Assembly (NCBI RefSeq): GCF_964355755.1
Contig: NC_092671.1
Coordinates: 2,790,001 to 2,854,000 of the forward strand
Direction of reading: 5' to 3'
From: Antedon mediterranea
Lineage: Eukaryota > Animalia > Echinodermata
Length of the DNA: 64,000 nucleotides
Made by a program: the position numbers and the translations under genes. Below the pieces are notes generated by a model. The model was not told where the DNA came from, did not search any database, and was given only the letters and a program-made list of their open reading frames with translations. Shown here piece after piece: positions 55,516-64,000 of the stretch; the first letter of the stretch is position 1; every line of letters starts with the position of its first letter.

Positions 55516-58500
55516 ATGGCGAAGTCGGCCTCGGTGGAATTCCTGCAATCTCCGTTGGGTAGTGTACTAAATATACTGCCTCATGGCCACGAAAAAGCAT
55601 TAAGACATGCTTTCTACAATGCAGCTGCATTCGTGTTTATTCTTGTTTTATTTTCTGCTGGAATTGCCGTGTATTTTGTCCTAGAAGCTTTCATTCAGCC
55701 GCTGCTCTGGGCCGTCCTCTGCGGAACCGTCCTTTTCCCGTTCAAGCATGCCTTAACCAAGCTTGTTCAACAGTGGCTGACAGGCCTAACTCATTCAGGG
55801 ACTCCGCTGTTTGTTGGTGCAGTTGCTTTGCCTATTCATGTGCTAGATTCTTCATCTGAAGGCCTAGCAAATATCTTTTCAAAATGGCTGAAGCCTATCA
55901 TTGCACTTGCTGTAGGATTGCCGTTGTCATATTTAGCTTATTATTTTCTTGATTATGTTTGGTCTGGAATTGAGGGTGCTTTGTCTTTTGTAAATGATGT
56001 TCTTAACTGTTTTAGTGCAATTTGGGTAAGTAACACAAAGAATTTAAGTTTGTTTGCATATATTTTGTATTTATTATTTATTAATAATAATTATTATTTT
56101 ACTTTTTTTTTTGTCAATTTATTAATTATTGATTAATTTTTAAATGCTTTATTTTTCTTTCCCCAGAAAGCTTTTAAAAAAAACCACCCAAAACCATACA
56201 TATATAGATGCTAACAAACAATTACAAAAACTTGTTTTTTCTTCACAGGTATTGACAATATTCTTAGGGTATATTCTATTGGTGAGCTTTTGGTGGAACG
56301 AGGCATCTAGGCCAATTCTAAGTGCCTTATCTGTACCAGTATGGGGCATTTTACTCATCTTCTTCGCCACGATGGCTGGTCCATACCGGGTCACTTTATT
56401 TCTTCTCGTACTGATCGTCATTGGAATTGGCCTGAGCACTTACATGAAGGAAAAAGCAATGGCAATAAATGGTAATTTCATATTAGGTTTATAAAAATCT
56501 ACCTAGTGAACAAATTATTATTTGTCCGACACATGACAAGTACAGTAAGGTAGTAGAATTGAGTTTGAATGATTGTCGCAAACACAGGCATCCGCAGATG
56601 TGTGCCAGCATTCTGACAAGATTATCATTAATTAAAAGATCTGTTTATTTTTAAAAAAATAAACAGATGTTTATTAAAGTTAAAGCTGGTATTCATTATA
56701 ATTTTAGAAAATTAAATGATTAATAATTAATTTTTTTTCAAAACAGTGAATTATTCATTGATAATACATGAGACTAGTAACGTTTCTTAAGAACAGAACC
56801 TTTTCATTGCAATCATTTTTTGCCTGAAAAAAATAAAATAATTAAAAATAAAAAAATTATACAAACATAAATTGTAAACTTTAAATAAGAGTTTCATTAA
56901 AAAATTACCAAAATAAAGTTTTGGACCCAACAAAGTGTCCCTTCAAATGTGTGTCCCCTAAATAGGTGTTGGCTTTAGTATTAAAACATACGTTGTTTTT
57001 GTTTCCCTGGAAAGTGTCTCCGGAAATTGTCCCCTTAATAGGAGTGTCTCTCCCGAGTAGAGGTATCTCAAAGTAGGACTTCTAATAAATCTAAATTGAT
57101 TCAATTTATACAATTTCTCAAACAAACAAAAAAAATTAAACAAAAATAATTCATTAATTTTCTTTAGAATCCAATGTAAGTTCTTGTAGCCTTGATGATA
57201 GTGCAGCAACCTCAGGAGATGTATCATCATCTGTGGAAGAGCCATCGGAAGGTGTGCAACCTACGGCCCTAGAACAAGACACTGATGTAGAGGCTACTAT
57301 AGATCAGGATTCTACAGGTAATGTATTTCTTGCAGTGTAAAGATGAAACATTCTAGTGCGAGTAAAGTCTTCAATGTCTTTAATACTTCTTTTTCACTGT
57401 AAAAAAAAACTGAACTCAGATATTTCACTCATGCATCTCTTGTATTCATAGAGCTATATCAAAGCTGAATTCTTCCTGGTGAAGTTCCCTTGTCTATTTC
57501 CTTTCCAAGATGATAGTGTTAAAAAGGGTATAAACAAAGGGCCTTGATTTATGTAGTGTTGGCATTTCCTTATCATAGCTACATTATAATGCACAGTTTA
57601 GAAAAATATGTGCCAAAAAGGCTTTGAAACTGCTTAATCAATTGACATTTTGTTAACATTGAATGGAAATCTTTTTCACTAGATGGTACCCCGCGACCTT
57701 TGGGCTTGCACATTCCCAAACGCACTGTTTCTGCGCCAGAGGTCACTAACAACTATAATTCTGATGGTGCCTGTAAAACTAAGAAACATAAAAGGAACCT
57801 TAGTATGCAGTACATCATCAGTCTTGTGTGGATGTGTGTTCTTCTGGAACTCTGGATGCACATGTGGTGGCTCCAGCTCCTGCCACTCCCGGTGCTTGTC
57901 TGGTTTATAAAGAGACTGGTGACAGAAACTGGAGCCCTCGACTTCTTTAAACAAACAGTAAGTTTGATTATTTTTAGCTTAAGGCCAATTTGCACGGACA
58001 AGTGATAATGGTAATAATAATATATGATCTATTTTTTACACAAAGTGCGTAGCAGAAGGGCGGTTTCCACTGAAGATAGATACATATTCTACGTGGACAA
58101 GCTACGCGGTTTTTGTCTTACCATTATCGCTTTGTGTAAATTGACCTTTACAGAATTATGGCAAATTAATGAACTCTCTCCCAATAGGTAGAAAATAAAG
58201 ATTCTGTTTTTTTTTTTTTAGGAAGACTAGATGGTAGTGTAGAATTTCTAGTAATCTAGTTTTTTGGAATATTTGATTGAGGATTTTTTTATGATTTAAT
58301 TTTACATAGATTCATCAGCGTTGGAATACAATGCGTCAATGGGTACGTGATCGTGAAGACGCTCTTGTACCACACTATGTGCGAGGGTTACTCTCGCTCT
58401 TCCTGCAAGGAGACAAGAAGGTTTGCATCTATTTATTATTACAATTCTGGTTGTGGGTATTGAGTCCCACTAGAGAATTACTTGCAAATTGTTTTGCAAG

Positions 58501-61500
58501 TGTTCTCAATGTATTTAAAATACAAATCAGAGTAACAGCTGAAAAGTTTTCCACAATAATTAAAATACAATTATCATCAAAGAAGTACTTAATGAATTAT
58601 GAGTTTTGAGTTTTAAAATGTTTTTTTTTTAACTTTGTTTTCAGATGATTTCAATTTTGTCAGGATCGTTAGATAAAATCATCAGTATCTTCATTATCTT
58701 GTCAGTGTTTGTTACCGTCATCTTGGGAGTTTTCCTGCTCTCAATCCAGGTACGAATTAACAACAGCAATAAACTATGTCATCGCATTCACAAAAAGGGA
58801 ATTGAAAATATGACAAATGAAATACATAGTAGCTAGTACACTTTACTGTCATACAGAAAGATTTGAGTTCATTTCCCAATAAAAACAACTTCCAAGCTAC
58901 TCTGCTGTACAAGCATATGAGTACATGGTTGAAAAAACTAGAGAGGATAAATTGGTGTGGAAAAGAACTGTCTATCATACCATATAATGCTGAGGCTTAG
59001 TACAATAAGCTCCTATTTCTCCTACAATTCAGAATGTATGGGACAAGTCATTATGTCAGGAATCAACATTCAAATATATTATCAAAATAAACAATAACAA
59101 TACGGTAATTGATTTATAAAATATAATAATTGTTTTGTTTCAAGATCCAGCAGGAGAGTATGTATCTGGTCCAAGTATCCGGAAGCCTCATCAACGAAAC
59201 TGTGTCGAACCATCCAGAACTGAAAACGTACGTTTTTAAATTTCAAATAAAAAGGTGCTTTGTTTTAAGAGAGCACATATCATATCATATATGATTTATT
59301 TCGACTGACAAAAATAAAAACATGAGTAAAAAAAATTTCAAACAATGTGGCAGGATTATCTAAATGTTAGAAAAAAAATAGGTGAGATGCTTTTTACATG
59401 TTTGTTAAGTCACCAATCACAATCTCAATAGTAATTTATTAATAACACACAATAAAGATAGCTTGAACTTTAATGTTGCTCATTTGCATACAGGTGGTTA
59501 CCAGGTGCAGATGATATGCATTCAGCTGTAGATTCAATGGTTGACAATCTTCACCATCATGGAAGAAAATGGATATCAACTAAGGTAATTAAAACAACAG
59601 TTAGTTTCTTGTGTAGTACTATTTAGTATGTTGCAGCAATTTAAAAGCCAATTTACACAGACGAGCGGTATCGGTAAGCGGAAAACCACGGAGCTTGTCC
59701 ACATAGAATCTGTATCTATCCGCAGCAGATTTCCGCTCAACTGCCCGTCCACTCCGCGCCGCTCAACTGCCTGTCCACTCCGCGCCGCTCAATTGCCCGT
59801 CCACTCCGCGTTTTGTATGATGGTCATATTAGAAATAACATAGATTATCTATACAGTAGTATATTTTCTCCTTACCATTACCGTTACTGCTCGTCTGCGT
59901 AAATTGGTCTTTTCACAAACAATACTCTAAAATTGTACTTTTTTTGTCAGATTCATAATACTTTCCAGGGGCACATAGAGGATGTGCCGTTTCTTGAGAA
60001 ACAAATTTTGGAAATCTGGGATGAAATGTATGGTCAATGGGCATCGAAGGTAACTCATTTATTTTAATTTATTTGCATGATCTATTAATTCTAATAATAC
60101 TTTAATCTATTAAAAGGGTTTCAAAGATAAATTTCTTAATATGTGCATAATATATTTGTTGAAATTATATATTAATTTTAATGTATGGTCAATGGGTATC
60201 AATTATAACTTTTTTTAGTTGCATGATTTATTAATAATTCTATATTAATTTTAATGTATGATCAATGGGCAGCAAAGATAAAACATTTAATTGCATGCTA
60301 TATTAATACTATATTAATTTAATGTATGATCAATGGGCAGCAAAGATAAATCATTTAATTGCATGCTATATTAATACTATATTAATTTAATGTATGATCA
60401 ATGGGCAGCAAAGATAAATCATTTAATTGCATGCTATATTAATACTATATTAATTTAATGTATGATCAATGGGCAGCAAAGATAAATCATTTAATTGCAT
60501 GCTATATTAATACTATATTAATTTGAATGTATGATCAATGGGCAGCAAAGATAAATCATTTAATTGCATGCTATATTAATACTATATTAATTTGAATGTA
60601 TGATCAATGGGCAGCAAAGATATATCATTTAATTGCATGCTATATTAATACTATATTAATTTAATGTATGGTCAGTAGGAATCAAAGATAAATCTTATAT
60701 TTGCATGATATATTTAATAATTTTGTATTCTATTTTAATTTAATGCATGATCAATATTCAGAAAAGGTAAACCATTTATTTGCATGCTATATTTAATCGT
60801 TCTAGATTTAATTTATCATTTGATGTAATAAATTAAGTCAAGTCTCCCTAGAAAGACTAATACCCTTTTCACATCAGCAAAATGTCAATTGTGTGGAAAA
60901 TCTGCCGGGATTTCACAGAGGTCCAACACACCAACAAGAGGCCTGTGTTTTTGTTTAGAGATGTTTCGAGTTCTTACTGCGCACACGTGTATTGCCCGGT
61001 TGACCAATCACAGTAATCAATAGCGCACAACTATTCTTTCCTCCCGAGATTTCACAAGGTTCACGTATGTGTGTGTGAAAACATGTAATAAGTCGGTTAC
61101 AAGTTGCAACAATTTATGCAGATGTCAAAAGGGTATTAGAAACAAACTGACAAGTTTGTATTATATAAAATACAGTAGTATGAAAGCCCTTGTTGAGAGA
61201 GGAATCAAAGCCAAAGACACTGATTAGACAACGAGCACCGTACCACAATGCCATGATGTCCAACTCCACACTTATGTTTAGATACACTACAGTATATCTA
61301 TATTTATGTGCAGTACTTTACACAGAATATAAAAAACAATTGTATCAAAAACAGTATCATCTATTTTGTTTGTAGAATGTGACTGGACCAGAGGAGTCTA
61401 GGAGGTCAGAAGTGGTGACATCATGGAATAGTGTAATGAACTCTTTCAGCAAGTTTGATAGTCTACACCTAACAGGACTGATGACGTACGTACAAGATAA

Positions 61501-63647
61501 CATTGAAACTGTCAGATCAGTAAGTACCCGCAGTCTACATTTAATGCCCTATGGTCATCATTTTTATATATAACTAAACCTAACCCTCCAAATAATCTCT
61601 CTCTAACTATAAAGTAAAAAGAAGTTGCTCATGGGATTCGAACCCCGTACATTGACACACAGAAGGCTCGACGGAAAGAGTTTGCATTAGCGAATTGTAG
61701 TTAGGTCAATTCTTATGTCACACCTTATGGATATGATTAATGAATATTCAGATACAAGATACAAGATACAATATACAAGATAACTTTATTGTCAAAATTG
61801 TTTAACAATTTCGAGATATGTTTTGTACCTGAGTAGAATAAATAATACGATGTGATAGCTATATAAATAAATACAAATGATACAAGTGAATATCTTGAAA
61901 AGTTTTTGTTAAATAAATTGCATGCTATGTACATTGGTGAAAATCTGAAACGGTTTGTGGATACTTTTTTCATGTTTATTTTGTGACGTTTCATGAGGGG
62001 TAACTTATGTACAAAAGAAATATTGCCTCTGGTCCACCATCGGACCAATATATTTGCCGACTATTGAGTTTCTTTTAGTGTAGTGTCTATATTCAATGTC
62101 TCTCTCTTTAAAGCCTATAAGTCATTTATGTTTTAAAACCCCTTACCGTTAGATGCGAGAGTTTTTTCACTTAATTTTGTTCACGTTTTCCTTAGATTGC
62201 TGAATCGGTATGGACAGTGTTAAAAGGCAACATCAACATTGTTTTTACCATTTTAACTACAAGTATCTCGCTGGTGTTTGGAGGCGGAACTGCTCTTCTT
62301 AATTTAGTCATCTCATTTGTAAGTATTGATATTCAGTTTAAGTTTTATTAATACTAATAAAATATTAGTACAAGGAATCGCTGTAGCCAAGCGGACATAT
62401 ACAGAAAGATCTGGGTTTAATTTCTTATCAGAACATCTGCCAGTCCCCTCAGCTGTAAGTGAGTAACTGGTTAAAAAATACTAGGAAGGATAATGCAGTG
62501 TGGGAATGTAATGGCCACCCTATCAAATAATGATGAGGCTTAGTGCAATGAGCTTTATCTGTTCAGAATGAGTGGAGCTGTAGCTTAGTGGTTAACATGC
62601 TTGCCAAGTACATTTCTTAAACCACAAATGAGACTTATTCATAAGCATGAGATAAATTATAAGATAGTATATACATATACATCCTGCAATTGACGAGTTA
62701 CTCGCTGTTGGATGCGTATGAAATAAAAAAGAAAATTTAAAAAATATGTGACTACTGTAAATAGTATAAAACGTTAATACTCTCCTATTTCAGGTTATTT
62801 TTATGACTACATTATTTTACCTACTGAGTTTTAGTGTTGATCAGTATAAACCAATGCAGTGGATTTCAGGGCTGACCCCAACAGGGCAAGATAGCAACAA
62901 GAAGTACAGTGTTGCAGTGGAGGAAGCAATAAGGTATAATAAGAGTATAATGTCAGGGGGCCTAGGTATGAAATTTGAGAAAAAGTATGCGATTTCACTT
63001 TGATTCCATCAACCAATCACCCGATTCTCTGTACTTATCTCCACATATGACATTATTTTTATATTCTCAATATTTTATTCACAATCTTAGATTAAAGGTG
63101 TACATAAGTAATTATATATTTTTTTGAATATTAAATACAAAGTACATACACAATTATTTGAAGTTGCAAATGGGGTTAAGCTGTAAGCAAAAGCTTTAGA
63201 CGCAAAGCCCCTTTAAATGAATGTACTCCGTATCATAAGCACATTGTGTAATGCAGTGTAATATATGTATCACATGTGACACCAGTATCATAGGCCATAA
63301 GCTGTCTACAATATCAAACTAGTTTGACAAAAAAAATGTGATGTGACCAAATATGGTAGTGATGACATCATCGTGCATATATATGGGCACATCACATTTT
63401 GTTGTCACCTAAAGTTTGATAGTGTGGACAGAGCTTTAAGTTAACCCTAACGTGATACAGGTGCAAAATGTGTTTCATATAATGACACTGTATTACAGTA
63501 TTTGTTATAGATACAGTACAGATTTATTTGTTTTGTTTTATTTTAGGAGCGTGTTTGGAGCGTCAATGAAGATGTCTGCTTTCTATGGTTTGTTTACATG
63601 GTTTACTCATACGTTACTAAACATGAGGATTGTCTACATACCGGCAG
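55516..63647 (+). CDS. TMEM245: Transmembrane protein 245, 3' part beyond window; exons 55516-56025, 56249-56471, 57168-57317, 57683-57957, 58310-58420, 58645-58749, 59145-59227, 59494-59584, 59951-60049, 61376-61519, 62196-62318, 62794-62933, 63547-63647
   Basis: [128 protein letters not shown]; GT-AG introns in phase. Alternative in-frame ATG at 55477. Confidence 0.93.
57981..58148. mobile_element. Harbinger-like MITE family C
   Basis: AAGGCCAATTTGCAC..GATAATGGTAA / TTACCATTATC..GTGTAAATTGACCTT. Confidence 0.75.
58895..59045 (+). mobile_element. SINE remnant (second copy at ~62380-62570)
   Basis: Both share CTGTA..TGAGTA..TGGTT.AAAAA.ACTAG..AGGATAA..GTGTGG.A..ATAATG.TGAGGCTTAGT.CAAT.AGCT. 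Confidence 0.6.
59645..59912. mobile_element. MITE family C, opposite orientation, with three internal 26-bp repeats
   Basis: CCAATTTACACAGACGAGC.GTA.CGGTAA / TTACCGTTACTGCTCGTCTGCGTAAATTGG; CCGCTCAACTGCCCGTCCACTCCGCG x3. Confidence 0.8.
60025..60800 (+). repeat. 68-bp tandem repeat starting inside TMEM245 exon 9
   Basis: AATGTATGATCAATGGGCAGCAAAGATAAATCATTTAATTGCATGCTATATTAATACTATATTAATTT, period 68 (60321, 60389, 60457). Confidence 0.95.
60858..61138. mobile_element. MITE
   Basis: TAATACCCTTTTCACATCAGCA / TGCAGATGTCAAAAGGGTATTA. Confidence 0.75.
63300..63435. mobile_element. MITE family A, copy 8
   Basis: CTGTCTACAATATCAAACTAGTTTGAC...AGTTTGATAGTGTGGACAGAGCT. Confidence 0.88.
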
Positions 63648-64000
63648 GTAAATGAAAATAAGTGTATGTCGACATATTAGTAGAGTAATTTACTGCATTC
63701 ATAAATATTAATTAGTTAATCTTTCCAATTTTATTGCAAACTAACATATCAGGTACATATGTTCCTGTTTTTGTAGAGCAATAAATTAAATAAAAAGACA
63801 TTAAAAAACTTACAATAAAAATTTAAATTACATTACAAAGACAGACAATATTTACAATGTTTTAAAAAGGAGTGAAAAATTAAAGGGATACATAAATGTA
63901 ATTAAGAAGAAAATGTTAAATCATGACCTCCCTCTACTTATTTTGAATTTTATTACCTACATCAGAATGTTATATGGCCGATCGCATGTGTTTATTTCTT

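Overview
AT-rich eukaryotic (invertebrate animal) genomic DNA, not prokaryotic; most ORFs in the track are spurious. Five protein-coding genes can be reconstructed by hand from GT-AG splice sites and protein motifs: a gamma-butyrobetaine dioxygenase (BBOX1/TMLHE family) gene (+, 5 coding exons, 11835-17592), TOLLIP (-, 6 exons, 20798-25373), an uncharacterised single-coding-exon WH1/EVH1-like + basic + CRIB-like protein (-, 29307-30095), RNF113A/CWC24 (+, 9 exons, 49695-54333) and TMEM245 (+, at least 13 exons, from 55516 past the window end). The first 11.7 kb is a nested repeat cluster: CR1/L2-group LINE, Tx1/L1 LINE, a Helentron-associated (DINE-1/HINE-like) element, two inverted arrays of a 97-bp repeat and an internally deleted LINE. 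Introns and intergenic DNA hold many MITEs, SINE remnants and minisatellites. The most striking observation is an excess of TA-GGCC-TA (plus TA-GGC/GCC-TA, TA-CAG/CTG-TA, TA-CCG/CGG-TA). At two sites internal comparison shows it is a 6-bp insertion at a TA, and two more sites look the same, consistent with dense transposon excision footprints from an element not identified here. All coordinates and counts were made by eye.
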